64,000 bases of DNA. Source: Callorhinchus milii. Its lineage: Eukaryota. The DNA is taken from assembly GCF_018977255.1 (NCBI RefSeq), contig NW_024704743.1, positions 3,784,001 to 3,848,000 of the forward strand, given 5' to 3'. A model generated the notes under the pieces. That model was not told the DNA's origin, searched no databases, and worked only from the letters and a program-made list of their open reading frames with translations. Positions 12,546-25,130 of this stretch are shown here, one piece after another; the stretch's first letter is position 1, and each line of letters begins with the position of its first letter. A program made the position numbers and the translations under genes.

Positions 12546-12964
12546 ATACAGAATAAAGCCAAGGAGGTTGCAACCTTATTTAAAACCACTATTTATCAAT
12601 CCTCAGTGCAATTTGTAGCTTAGTTTGTTGCATTTAATGCTTGGAAAAATACTGCTAAACGATTTTTTTTTTTAAATGTTGATTTTCTTTTTACTGCTGT
12701 TTTGAGCCTACTAGGAAGTGCTACACGAATTCACCTGCCTCCCACAAGGCTGGCATGCCCCATGCCATCTCGGGAAACTCAATTGAATATGTAATATGTG
12801 TCTCGTCTTTGCAGGAAAATTGAAAAAGCGGACGCTGAGGCAGAGTCACAAATGTAACAGCAATTTCCAGGATATTGGATAGAATATTAGCACCAGCCCA
12901 AACACAATTGGCCAAATGGCCAGCTCCTGCGCTGTGAAGCTCTTTGAAATGTGATAAGGTGCTA

Positions 12965-13295
12965 TATAATAACAATAATAATCCTTGCATTCGACTTCGC
13001 ACCTTATCGCGTCTTCGAGACGTCTCAAAGCGCTTCACGGAATATCCTGTAAAGTGAATTGACTGTATATTTTGTGGGTTAAACGTAGCAGCCAATTGCG
13101 CACAGCAGTGTATCATAATAGTTGTGGATTGAGTGACCACATTTTTTTCTGAAGCAGTTATTGCCCCAGGAGAGCGATGCGCAAATCGACAAACTTACTT
13201 ACTTACTGCTAGGAAAACAGAGGCGCGTGGAGTAAGGAAACTTGGGTAAAGTTTCACTCTGCCCAGGAATCGAACCCGGGTCCTTTTGCTTGCAT
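12965..13295 (-). mobile_element. Family B SINE
   Basis: Tail, 3' half, CAGAGGCGCGTGGAGTAAGGAAACTTG and B-box GGAATCGAACCC. Confidence 0.9.
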
Positions 13296-13596
13296 GGTGG
13301 GAAGTGCCTATGTTTGTGTCCCCGGTGGAAAAGGAAGGGGTTGAGTAAAGGCGCAGTTGAAAAATGACACAAAGGTGCTATTTCTTTCGTCTCCAGCAAA
13401 CAAACTTCCATTATTTCTCTCGTGCTTTTGTTTTGAAACCACATCGGGAAAGTATTTAAGAAAGGAACAAATGACATGGAAGCAACGAACACATAAATAT
13501 GAGGATTCACTTAACAGGAAATAAACCAGGAAATACCCTGATAGATCTGCTCACTGACACAAGTTGTTCTTATTTTGCTGTTAAAGGGCACCTGTA

Positions 13597-14015
13597 GGCA
13601 GAATTTCCATTTGGGTCTAGATTTAAAATGCTCTGAGACGATATCCTATGTGAATTTAGCAGCATAAATGCAACTAGTTTATATAATAATAATCCTTGCA
13701 TTTGATATAGCGTCTCATCACGTCTGTGAGACGTCTGAAAGTGCTTCACAGAATATACTGTAAAGCGTATTGACTGTATGTATGCCTCGTGAGCGAAAAT
13801 ATAACTGTTGGGCTGTGTTCACGCGGTATTTCAGAGCGTCCAGAATTTGGCAATTTGTTGAATTGAGTTTTAACTTCAAAGTAGGTTTTCTGTAGTTTTT
13901 AAAGAGAAACCTCAAAAGGGAAATGGCTTCAAATTTCCGGCTCCGTTTAAGGATTTGCCAAATTTTGCAAATTCTGAAAGTTGAGTAAAATCTGGACCCA
14001 GGTGGAATCTTTCCC
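13597..14015. mobile_element. MITE-like non-autonomous DNA transposon with ~28-bp imperfect TIRs; SINE tail inserted at about 13683-13790
   Basis: GGCAGAATTTCCATTTGGGTCTAGATTT and AAATCTGGACCCAGGTGGAATCTTTCCC match as an inverted repeat at 21 of 28 positions. Confidence 0.6.
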
Positions 14016-14726
14016 ATCCGCTGAGCTGTTTTAGTGGCTTCTCGTCAGGGTCCAACAAGCTACTAGCTCCCAGGATTAATAGTCGTCATCGCAAAAGCAT
14101 TGAACGTGATCTGCATAAATCTGTGTGGCAGCTTCGCGCAACCCTGAGCGAATTAAGTCCAATGAAAAAATAATATCAGATCGAGACCTGGTTAAATGCA
14201 TTTTGTTCCGAACATTTCAGCTCAGGGTTACTGTAACGTGGAGAGGTTTGCAAGAGGCGAGGATTAGAGCGACTGTCGTTTCCAGTACAGACAGCCTCTT
14301 CCTCTGGCTGCGTGTGAGATTCCTATTGCTAGTTAAAATTGCCAGTTTGTGTAAAATTGGACAGAAGGTAAGAGTATTTGTGAGGCACAGATATGTCACT
14401 TGCAGCAGGAGATAATATTGTAGTTTTACTGATTTGTTGTGAACATATGGCATATGGCATGGGCCTTCAGGTATGTTTAGTCACTCGGGATCTGAATGCA
14501 TCATATAAACACAATTTTAGGTAAATAGTATTGCAACATAATACTCGGCTGAAGCTAAATACACATAACGGGAACAGCTGTTCCTGGGTCACATTACTCT
14601 CCTACATCCTTTTACACATTCTCAAATTCAGGCCGTAAACACCTATTTCGCAAAGACAAATCTTACCCAAATCCTCGGCAGAGATTTCAATGATTTCACC
14701 TCCAGCGGGAGATAATATTACGTTTC

Positions 14727-15102
14727 GGAATCCTGTAGCGTATTGGTTGGTTAGAGCATTGGTATTGCAGGCGAGAGGACATGGGTTCGATTCCCGGGCA
14801 GGGTGGAAAACCTTAGCAAGTTTCCTTTACTCCACGCGCCTCTGTTTACCAGCAGTAAGTAGGAACCCGGTAGTTAGTCGATTGGTGGTTCGCTTTCCGG
14901 GGGTAATAATCCCTTTAAAACAAATGTAGTCACTCACTCCCCGACTGTTTGTGGGACACTGCTGTGCGCGATTGGCTGCCGTGTTTTGCTCACGCAATGC
15001 ACAGTTGATTCATTTCACAGGATAGTCATCGAAGCTCTTCGAGACGTCTCGAAGACATGATAAGGCGCTATATCAAATGCAAGGATTATTATTATTATCA
15101 TT
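14727..15102 (+). mobile_element. Family B SINE, full length
   Basis: A/B-box head, CORE-like block, 3' half, (TTA)n. Confidence 0.92.
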
Positions 15103-15294
15103 AAATAAATAAAGTGCTTATAACCTTGCAGTAATGGAAACCTGTTTTACGACACTCATTTCTTCAGCTGCTTTCACGTACAAGTTTCACGTTCCTTTCA
15201 GTGCTTCGAGACGTTAATTCTGCATGAAGGGCAATGCAAAGGCAAGTTGTTTTTTTATGCAAGGGCAGCATAACAACAACAACAACTTTCCAGG

Positions 15295-15522
15295 ACAGTT
15301 ATTCTCCCTGTTCTGCCGGTGTCCTGGCCAACAATCCCCCAAATCAAATTGGTCATTCACTCCATGGTTGTTTGTGGAACATTATTGTGAGTAAATTGGC
15401 TGACACGTTCACTTGCAAGATACACAGTCACTAAAGCCACAACAATATCCTGTGAAGAGATTTTAAAAAATGCCCCTGACATAAAAAACACGATGTATCA
15501 AATGTAGGTATTATTATTATTT
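15295..15522 (+). mobile_element. Family A SINE 3' part
   Basis: GGTGTCCTGGCCAACAATCCCCC through to the tail. Confidence 0.8.
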
Positions 15523-15577
15523 TACTAAGTTTGGGCTAATCTACCAAGCAAGGTAATGGATTGGAAATGTGGTATGC

Positions 15578-15963
15578 ATAATAATAATAATCATAATAAT
15601 AATAATACTAATAATCCTTGCATTTGATACAGCGCCTTATCACGTCTTATCAACGTCTCAAAGCGCTTCACAGAATAAATCGTAAAGTGAATTAAATGGC
15701 AAAACGCGGCAGCCAATCGCGCACAACAGTGTCCGACAAACAGTCGTGGATTGAAGTGACCAATTTATTATTATTTTTGAAGGAATTATTACCTGCGGAA
15801 AAATGATCCGCCAGTCGACGAACAACCGGGCTCCTACTTCCTGGTAGGTAAACAGAGGCGTGTGGAGTAAGGAAACTTGCCCAACATTTCGTCCTGCCCG
15901 GGAATCAAACCCAGGTCTCTCACTTGCGAGGCGAGTGCTCTAACCACTGAGCTACAGGACTTC
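15578..15963 (-). mobile_element. Family B SINE, full length
   Basis: Ends CTAACCACTGAGCTACAGGACTTC; (TAA)n at the left. Confidence 0.93.
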
Positions 15964-16287
15964 ATATCAAGACGTTCCAAGTGTGAAACAAGAAGTCTGA
16001 GACCTGGTGAAGTAGCACCTGCTCTAAGTTACAATTGCCAACCAATTTCTGTTTTTTTATTGAATTTATTCTCCTGTTTATTGAAATCACATTGGAAGTT
16101 AATAGGAAATGATTTTGCTTTGAGACAATTGTCAATTCCGAACTGGGTTATCAGTCTTTTCGGTGCTCCCAGTGTCACTGTAAGACTTGCTCCTTATTGC
16201 GCTTATTTGCTGATGTGAAATATTGATGACATTGGTTGGAAGGATTGACCAATGCAGGCATTTTATTAACTAGTTTATTGACCTTAC

Positions 16288-16296
16288 CTGAATGCT
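16288..16296 (-). CDS. Candidate 9-nt microexon (AGCATTCAG)
   Basis: Minus strand reads tctctctcattttctcactgcttccag|AGCATTCAG|gtaagg; frame-preserving; lies in a repeat-free island. Confidence 0.4.
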
Positions 16297-16589
16297 CTGG
16301 AAGCAGTGAGAAAATGAGAGAGATATCAGGGCCTGGCCGGTAATGATTTATTCAGGGAAGGTTTCTTTGTGTGCTGTGTGTGATGGGGTTATCTTAAATG
16401 CATGATAGCTTTTGCGGCCAGTTCATGCCAGAGGAAATCTTCAGACGGGGTTGAATAAAGGTACATTCGTGCGATTTAACACAGACTCATCCGGTCCTTT
16501 TGACGAATGCAGATCAGTAGTTTCAACAAATGCTGTTTTGGTGTCTTGACTAACTGACAATCCCTCAAAAAATAAAATCTGTCCTTCAT

Positions 16590-16731
16590 TTCACGGACAT
16601 TTTGTGGGACATTGCTGTGTGCAAATTGGCTGTTGTGTTCGCCTGCAAAATAGAGTCATTACACTTAATAGTATTTTGTGTGAAGCACTTTGAGGTGTCC
16701 TCCTGAAGTGAATTGTAATTATTATTATTAC

Positions 16732-16761
<30 letters not shown>
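16590..16761 (+). mobile_element. Family A SINE 3' end with expanded (TTA)n tail
   Basis: TGTGGGACATTGCTGTGTGCAAATTGGCTG followed by a long TTA run. Confidence 0.8.
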
Positions 16762-16762
<1 letters not shown>

Positions 16763-18709
16763 TACTTCTGGCTTTAAGTGTTTTGTTCCTGCTGAAGTGA
16801 TGCTGAAGCTTATCGCCATTGTTTCCAACCAAAATATGTTGCACCCCAATGCTGACTTTGCTTTATATCACCGCAAACACTGAGGATTTTTGTTTAATTT
16901 CCAGTGTTGGATGGAGTGTTGCATTGGGCTATAAGGAAATCATTAAAAGGTTCACAAAGATACTGGTGCATTGCAAAATGGTTTCGCAGTCAACTGTACA
17001 CACTTCTGACACAAACCTAATAAGAATAATAATCCTTGCATTTGATATAGTGCCTTATCACGTCATTGAGACGTCTCGATGCGCTTCACAGAGTAAACGG
17101 TAAAGTGAATTGATTGTATATTTTGTGGGCGAAACACGGCAGATTTTGCCCCGCCCGGTAATCAAACTTTCGAGGCGAGTGCTCTAACCATAACGGTTCA
17201 AGACTCACCTTCGAAGCCTGCTGTGCCTTTGCTGCTTCAACAAGAGCGCAAATTGGGGGTTGGGGAGGTGGGGGGGAAATCAATTACGCTGGTAATGAAG
17301 ACATTTTCAGTAGATTCCTCTAAAGTATTCACTTCTAGAAATGAAGTGCAATAACGTTGAATGATGCGAGGGTCTTTCTATTTTAACAGAGACGTCTTTG
17401 CAGCAATGATGGGCTGAACAAGACACAGACACCTTCTATGGGCTACGTGTAAAGGTAAGATGCACACTAAAAAAAAGGTTAGAGAACAGATGGTTTTTGT
17501 TTTGCATTGATTCAGCCAGAGCAAAACTATTATAATTAATGATCCCATGGCTTCAGATTAGAGAATAATGCCAGAGTTTAATGCACAGCACGGATCAATT
17601 GAGCACCTGTCTCCCCGGACTGGCAATCGTGTCTGCGCGGAAAGGAAAATCAGTAGTACCGATGAATCATTTTTACTCAGCGCTTTAGGAATCTAAAACG
17701 CCAGCGTGGTTTTCTCAGTCAGCGTCGCCAGTCTCTACTTGACCAAAAAAGGCGCCAACTGACAAGTGAACTTGTTAGCTGCTTTGGTATTGACCGCTCC
17801 TGATCGGACGACACAGAGTTTCAGCCTTTCATCAGTTAACGTCAGCGAGGTTGACTGCCAAACAAAAGGCCCGAGTATGGCAGATACCTCTGTTTTGAGG
17901 CACTGGTTTGAGGAAAAGCAGGGAATTGGCCCATTAACCGATTCACAATGTCGCAAAGCACTTCACAGGGCTTACTGTGAAGTATAAGTGCGGCAGCCAA
18001 TTTTGCAAAGAGTGATGATCCCACAAACATCCATGAAAAGAATGATCAGTTTTGTGTGGGAGGTCGGGGCCATGACACCAGGAGAAACTCTTTAACATGC
18101 GCCTGAGCAGGCAACGAGTCCTCAGTTTAATGTCTCATCTGAAGGCTCCCGACGTGAAAGGCGCTATACAAATGTAATCTTGTTGTTGTTGTTGTGGGAC
18201 AGAAATGAACTGACTGATATAGTATTTTTATGTGCGAAGAGACTTGAATGATGTCTATTGAGACTTCTTTGGCCTGAAAATGAGTACCGCCTGCTCTGGT
18301 AAAGAAGGCCACTTCAATGCCATATATCAACAGCGAGCATTATATGCAGCGGTTTTATTAATGCCTGGAATTTCCTTCAAAGCACACCCGTGGCCAGATA
18401 GCCAAGCAGAAGAGCCACATTTGGTTAAATGTTACTCGAGAAAAGGGCACAATGTCGAGAAAAAAAATCCTGCTGATGAATATTGATCCCAGTGTGACAA
18501 TATGTAAATGTCAAGCAACATAGATTGTTCTTATTTTCCTGTGATCAATCGTTCAAAGCCTTTGTACAGTCTCCCCTGTGGCTATTGTTTTTTTTACCAC
18601 AGTTTACAGTTTTGAAAGATACATTCATAATTTACTGAGTGCATTGAGTACAGTTAACGCTTCCAGTACAATGTTCACATTAAATCAGTATTGAAGTTGT
18701 TTTCCGGGA

Positions 18710-19040
18710 TAATAATAATATAATAATAGTCCTTGCATTTGATATACCGCCTTATTGCGTCTTCGAGACGTCTCAAAGTGCGTCACGGAATACACTGTAA
18801 AGTGAATTGACTATATATTTTGTGGCAGCCAATTGCGCGTAGCAGTAACCCACAAACAGTCGTGGATTGAGTGATCAATTTGTTGTTATTATCTTTTTTG
18901 AAGGGATTATTACCCATGAAAAAGCGATCCACCAATCGACTAACAACCAGGTTCCTACTACTGCTAGGTAAACAGAGGTATGCGGAGTAAGGAAACTTGC
19001 CCGGGAATCAAACCCAGGTCTCTCACGTGCGAGGCGAGCT
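18710..19040 (-). mobile_element. Family B SINE
   Basis: Tail, 3' half, CORE-like block, partial head. Confidence 0.9.
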
Positions 19041-20426
19041 GCAGAACTCCACGTGAAATAATGTGGATAATGTGGAACTCTCAACGCAACCTGTGTTCAT
19101 AACAGCTAACAAGTAGTTAACTAATATTCCGTCTTGAGGAGCTTTTTAGTTAACTGGTAATTTAATAGAGAAAATGCCTATCGGAGATGTGCTTGTCAAG
19201 TGAACGTTTGGAGCTAATAACAAGTGGGATATTGATTTTTTACTTCTTTGTGAATCAGTGCCATCAACTTATTCAAACCATCACTCAAGTGCTCAGCCTG
19301 GTGTGCTGGAAACTAGTTAAAGATGGGTAATTGCAAAAGCGCAACCTCTTTAAAATCGGGAAATGTTGGCTTTAAATTCTAGGTCAAGGTAGTAAGTGCG
19401 GCATTAAGGAATTGTGTCACCCAAATCGTGTGTTTTATTTTTAGTGCTTTGAGCTGGTAAACTGCACAGTTACTCTTCCATTCTTCTTTGTGAGCCATTA
19501 CTAAAATCATTCCTGCTCTGCTTTGGGAAGAATTTACACCATACAGATTCCCACTTAGGTACCGAGTAGGTATTGATCTAACTGCTCTTTAATCACATGC
19601 TGGTATCTCATTGTAAAATATATACCCGCCAACAAAGGAAATAATAAAGCAGGGTTGCAAAAATCTCCAGGTTTTCAGAATTCTGAGGGGATTTAAGTAA
19701 GAAGAAACCGTTTCCTCTGGTGGGTGGGTTGGTAACCAGAGGAAACAGTTTAAGATAATTGGTTAAAGAACCAGAGGGCAGACAAGGAGAATTTTTCTTA
19801 TACTCCAACTCCTTCATCATCATAAGCATCTAAATCATAGCACAAAGGTAAGGAGAGGGGAATTTAAAAGACGTTGACCAAATGCACAGTCGTGGAGATA
19901 TGTTTTTAAGAGAGGTATGAAGGCGAAGGCACAAGACAAAGAGGTTTTCACAGAGGTCCAGAGAGTATGGACTTAATATCCCGTCAGAAGAGAAGGAGAA
20001 TGGGCAGAAGATTAGGGCTGGAGGAGAGTGTAGCAGTCAGAATCTTTACACTGCTCAGCTGTTGGAAGGCACTCCCTATCTGAATGGATTCAGATGCTTG
20101 TAAAGAATTCAAGCATGAACTGTTTGCAGTTTAGAGTTGGACCTGGATTGACAATCTGAAATGTACAATGTTCGGTATCCATGCGTGTGATGGCATCGTA
20201 GCAAAAGGAGGCTGTAAGACATCACTGGTTCAACATCAGAAAATAACCTATCTGTTATCAACTTAGCAACATATAGCCTGAGTTTTAATCCAGCTCACCG
20301 AGACACTGCCCTGAGTGAAGGGTGCTGTATAAATGCAAGGTTTTGTTGTTGTTTTCTAGATTGTCTCCGCATCACTTTGCTTAATTTCCTCGGTCCCTTG
20401 GCTAAGCTTCCTTACACTGGCGTATG

Positions 20427-20810
20427 TCAGCTTTGTGCAGTGGCAGCACTCTCGCCTCTGAGCCAGAAAGTTGTGGGTTCAAAACCCATTTTGGGACTTG
20501 AACTCGTACAGCGCTGAGGGTGCGTGCATTGTTGGAGGAACCGATCTTCGGATGAGAAGCTAAACCGAGGTCCGTCTGCCCATTCAGGTGGACTTTAAAC
20601 TTCCCAAGACACTATTTGAGAGAAGAAAGGGGTTTCTCCCAGTGTCCTAGCATTTGGCCAGTCCCCCAAAATAAAATCGGTCGCTCTTTTCATGGTTGTT
20701 TGTGGGACATTATGGGAAATTGTGCTGCTGTGTTTGCCTACAAACTCACAGTCACTCCATTACACAGTAATACCCGTGAAGCGCTTGGAGATGCCCTTCC
20801 GGTGGCTTGA
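20427..20810 (+). mobile_element. Family A SINE
   Basis: Head GCACTCTCGCCTCTGAG...GGGTTCAAA; Deu block TCTTCGGATGAGAAGCTAAACCGAGG. Confidence 0.85.
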
Positions 20811-21084
20811 AATGGTTTATCGCCACTGTTAAATACAGGCGTTTTGCATGTAAAAAAAAAGTAGGTGGAATTAAAAATTGTTAACCACACTTGAATGGGA
20901 ATTATCTATAGTGGCTTTGGCTTTCAGGGATTAAGGTGTACGAACACTGCCATGTATTGCTTTGGATTATTCCTGCCTTTTTACCAGGTGTGTCTCCACA
21001 GAGCCAAATCGGTGTCAGGAGTGTTGATCCGAATCAAACAAGAGGTCCATTTGATGTGAGCCTTCCAGAACATCTCCCTTACTC

Positions 21085-21335
21085 TACATCTGTTACAGTA
21101 TCAACCTTGCATCCAGGTCCAGTCATGAATTGCCTCGTGTGTAAAGATATACTTCCCAGTGTTTGTCCAGAAAATGCCCTTTGCAGCCCTCAACCATGTT
21201 CTCTTGGCATATTTGCAGTTGGGAGACAATACATATAACGAGAATTTATGGGCAGGTATTTGCTTATTTAATTGGCTCAAAGAGCCTGCAGCAATATCAA
21301 CTATACTGGTTGCAAACAAATATCGGTATCTCAAG
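21085..21335 (-). mobile_element. CR1 LINE 3' fragment, old
   Basis: GKYIFTHEAIHDW resembles the CR1 RKxFFTxRVVxxWN motif. Confidence 0.6.
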
Positions 21336-22336
21336 GGGATATAGATGTTCCGGTTAAGTCTCCAGCTCTCAGCTGAATGACTGAGTTTTAAGCCTCTACC
21401 TAGCGCCTTATCACGTCTTCGAGGCATCTCAAAGCGCTTCACACAAACGACTGCAACGAAACTGGTGCAAAATGGATCAACGGAGAAATAAACTGAGGGA
21501 TTAAAAAGTTTTAAAAAAAAGATCTACAAAGCTTGTAGGGAGAAAGGAGAGGGTGACCTTAAATACAAGCCTAATACAGAAAGAAGTTTTTCTTAAAAAA
21601 TAATGGGGAAACAGAGAAAAATGGAAAGGGACGAGTGAAAAAAGTTTAGTTTCTCTATCTCTTTGAGTATAATAATGGTAATCCTCGCATTTGCTGCAGT
21701 AAGTTATTATGTCGCTGAGACATCTCAACGCACTTCGCAGAATGTATCGTAAAGTATATTGACCACGTATTTCGCAAGTATCTTCTACCCTTTTTTTAAA
21801 GCCCCTCTGAACCGTCTTCTTCCAGTCCTGAAGAGCCCTGATTTATCTGGTTGTTCCTTTCGATGCAGTGACTTGTTTTTTTTCCCCTCTGTTAGGACTG
21901 AAAGGTGAAATGAAGAAATACCTGAATCTGTGCACGGGTCAGAGAGGAGGGGGCCAGGACCCTGACGCACACAGACGCGCGTTGGTCAGGAAACCTGACG
22001 CGTACGGAACTTTTGCTGACGTTACATAAACAAACTGGAGTAACGTGCAACACCTACGTTTTCGGACTGCAACGTCAGAACAAAAAGTGCAATGGAAAGC
22101 AATGCTTTTTGAAGGAGGATGCCACGACCTCGCCATCAGGGAGTCAGAAATACCCAGAGTACTGATAGATTTCTCAATGCCACAGTCCCAGCCACTTTGC
22201 AAGGCGCTTCCCTCAATGCTGGGTGTTTATCAGTTGTTAGTGTCGGGTTGCGCCTCTGGAAATTTCAGGCCAGTTTTGGCCGATGCAAAGATTATTATTA
22301 TTATTTTTGGGCAGAGGTCGAAACAAACTAGAGAAG

Positions 22337-22663
22337 ATAATAATAATATATAATAATCCTTGCATTTGATATAGCGCTTTTCACGTCGGAAGGGCGTCCC
22401 AAAGCGCTTCACAGAACACACTGTAAAGTGAATTGACTGTATATTTGTGGGCGAACGCGGCAGCCAATTGCGCACAGCAATGTCCCACAAACAGTCGTAG
22501 ATTGAAAATGACCAATTTATTATTGTTTTTGGTTTTGGAGGGATTATTATTAGGCTCTGTGTGGAGTATGGAAACTTGCCCAAGGTTTCGCCCTCTGCCT
22601 GGAATTGAACTCAGGTCTCTCGCTTGCAAAGCGAGTGCTCTAACCACTGAGCTACAGGACTCC
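22337..22663 (-). mobile_element. Subfamily B2 SINE, full length
   Basis: Near-identical to the copies at 23925-24256, 54614-54931 and 58374-58694. Confidence 0.95.
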
Positions 22664-22676
22664 ACTAGATTATGTG

Positions 22677-22892
22677 TGTCAGCTTGGCTCAGTGTTACAC
22701 TCTCACCTCTGAGTCAGAGGGTTGTGGGTTCAAGTCCCACGTCGGGATTTGGAATTCGTATGGTCGAGGCTGACACTCCAATGCAGGGCTGGGAGATGGC
22801 GGGGTGGCTGTTGGATTGTCAGAGGTGCCGTCCTTCGGATGAGGTTTAGACGTTAATCCGAGGTCCTGTCTGCCTGTTCAGGCGGATGTTGA
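22677..22892 (+). mobile_element. Family A SINE 5' half
   Basis: Head plus GAGGTGCCGTCCTTCGGATGAG Deu block. Confidence 0.85.
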
Positions 22893-23124
22893 ACAACGAC
22901 GACAATAATTTACATTTCTATAGCGCCCTTCACATGTGGTGGTGTCTCAGAACATGTGAAGTGGTTGGGCTGTTAAGAGCCACGTATTATTTAGACAAAA
23001 AAAAACTTCTAGAAAACCACAAAGGTATCAGTTCGATTCAATAGATATCGCTCTTGCCTCTGAGTCAGAAAGTTGGGGTTTCAGCCCCACTACAGGACTT
23101 GGAACTCACTGTCTGGGAGAACTC

Positions 23125-23408
23125 TATCTGGGAGATTGTTGGCCAGGACATAGGGAGAAAATCCCTTTGCTTTTTCAACACTGCCGTGGGATCTTTAATC
23201 TAAATCTGAACAGACAGACGGGACCTCGGTTTTGATGTCACATCTGAAGGACGGCACCTTGCAGCACACCCCCAGCACTGCACTGGAGAGTCGGGCCTTT
23301 ATCTGATCTGAGTTCAACGTCCTGACGACGACGGGGTGGGGGGTGAATTTGAACCCGCAACATTCTGACTCCGAGACAAGAGTAATACCAACTGAGCCAA
23401 GCTGGCAT
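23125..23408 (-). mobile_element. Family A SINE (head and Deu block)
   Basis: GGGATCTTTAA...GACCTCGGTTTTGATGTCACATCTGAAGGACGGCACC. Confidence 0.85.
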
Positions 23409-23750
23409 CTTTCAGCACCGTATTTCAAAATAAAGAGAACAGTTTCGTTCCGATAGACGGGTGCACAGCATCGGAACTGTCAAGTGCGAACGAGAAAGGT
23501 TCCAACTGTTGAAAAGTGGTTTCAACGCTGAAAAGTGGGTAACTTCAAACCACTTAAAGCACTCAGCTAGACTCTGTACTTTTAAGACGTTCCTGTCCCC
23601 CTTGTTAAGACGTAACACACGCTGTTGCGTTCATTGTAACCGTAGCATCGCGGAAGAATGTGTGGGGTGGGAATGGTGGAGGGGAAAAAAATACAATTCT
23701 AAAGGAACCGAGACAATAATTCAAGAAATGATGAACAGCTGGTTACCTAC

Positions 23751-23920
23751 CAGTTGAATAGACTCTTTCTTTCTCTCTTTCTGCTATCTTCCCTATCTGC
23801 TGATCTCCCCCGCACGCAAGCCCTGAAGCACGCACGCAGTTTCTCGTTTCGGGCGGCACTTCGACAAGCAATATTAGACATCATTTCAAGTCGGAAAAGC
23901 TCGTCGACGTGTTCGAATGT
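23751..23920 (-). promoter_or_regulatory. CpG-rich patch with a candidate non-coding first exon (donor CTG|GTAGGT)
   Basis: CpG enrichment at 23810-23915; purine-rich minus-strand segment ending at a donor at 23750. Confidence 0.25.
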
Positions 23921-23924
23921 AAAG

Positions 23925-24256
23925 TAATAATAATAATAATAATAATCCTTGCATTTGATATAGCGCTTTTCACGTCGGGAGGACGTCCCAAAGCGCTTCA
24001 CAGAACACACTGTAAAGTGAATTGACTGTGTATTTGTGGGCGAACGCGGCAGCCAATTGCGCACAGCAATGTCCCACAAACAGTCGTAGATTGAAAATGA
24101 CCAATTTAATTATTGTTTTTGGTTTTTTTGGAGGGATTATTATTAGGCTCTGTGTGGAGTAAGGAAACTTGCCCAAGGTTTCGCCCTCTGCCTGGAATTG
24201 AACTCAGGTCTCTCACTTGCAAAGCGAGTGCTCTAACCACTGAGCTACAGGACTCC
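23925..24256 (-). mobile_element. Subfamily B2 SINE, full length
   Basis: Near-identical to the other B2 copies. Confidence 0.95.
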
Positions 24257-24479
24257 ACTAACCGAAGTAACCAAAGTAACCGAAGGACTCGCCAGCTGTT
24301 CGGTTAATGTTTCGCGAGGGTTAATGTTCCATTTGGGATTCCCTTCCTCTCCCTCCTCCTTCTCCTCCCCCCTCCCTCACCCGTCCCCACCCCCCCGATC
24401 CTCAACTTGATAGGAAATAAAAACAGTGTTACACCCAGCACCTCACCACTTCCAGCTCAGTGTTAACACAAAAACTCTA

Positions 24480-25130
24480 GTAATAATCCTTGCATTTGAT
24501 ATAATACCTTTCATGTCAGGAGGGTAGTGATTGTGTATTTGTTGTCAAACCTGGCAGCAATGTTTGCGTACAGCAATGTCTGACAAACAGCCATGATGTG
24601 AATGACCTTTTCTCTTTTATTTTGTTGGCCAGGACACCGGGAGAAACCCTTTTTACAATGTAATATAAATGTATTACAGGCGAAAGATATATAATAATAA
24701 AAATACAGCACTTTATCAAGTCATCGACACGTCTCAAAGCGCTTAACAAGGTTTTACTGTGAAGTGTAGTGCAAATAGTAGGCAAATGCTTCATACAATT
24801 TGAGCCGAGCAATGTCCCAGAAACAGCTATGAAGTGAATAACCTATTTTTTTCTGGGGGATTGTTGACCAAGACGCTGGGGACAACTCCCTTCTCTCTTC
24901 GAATCGTGCCGCAGGATCTTTAACGGATGTCTTGAACAGGCACGTCTGAGGCTCAAATAGTTCAGATTTTGCTAAATGGCAATAATAAAAATAATATTAA
25001 TAGTAACGATATTAATAATAATAGTGCTTTGCATTTTATATAGCACCTTATCATGTCATCGACACATCTCAAAGCGCTTCACAGCGTTTACCGTAGAAGT
25101 GTATCGACTGCGTATTTGCAGGAGAACAAG
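24480..25130 (-). mobile_element. Cluster of three family A SINE 3' fragments
   Basis: Three successive (TAA)n tails near 24480, 24690 and 25015, each followed by SINE body. Confidence 0.75.
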
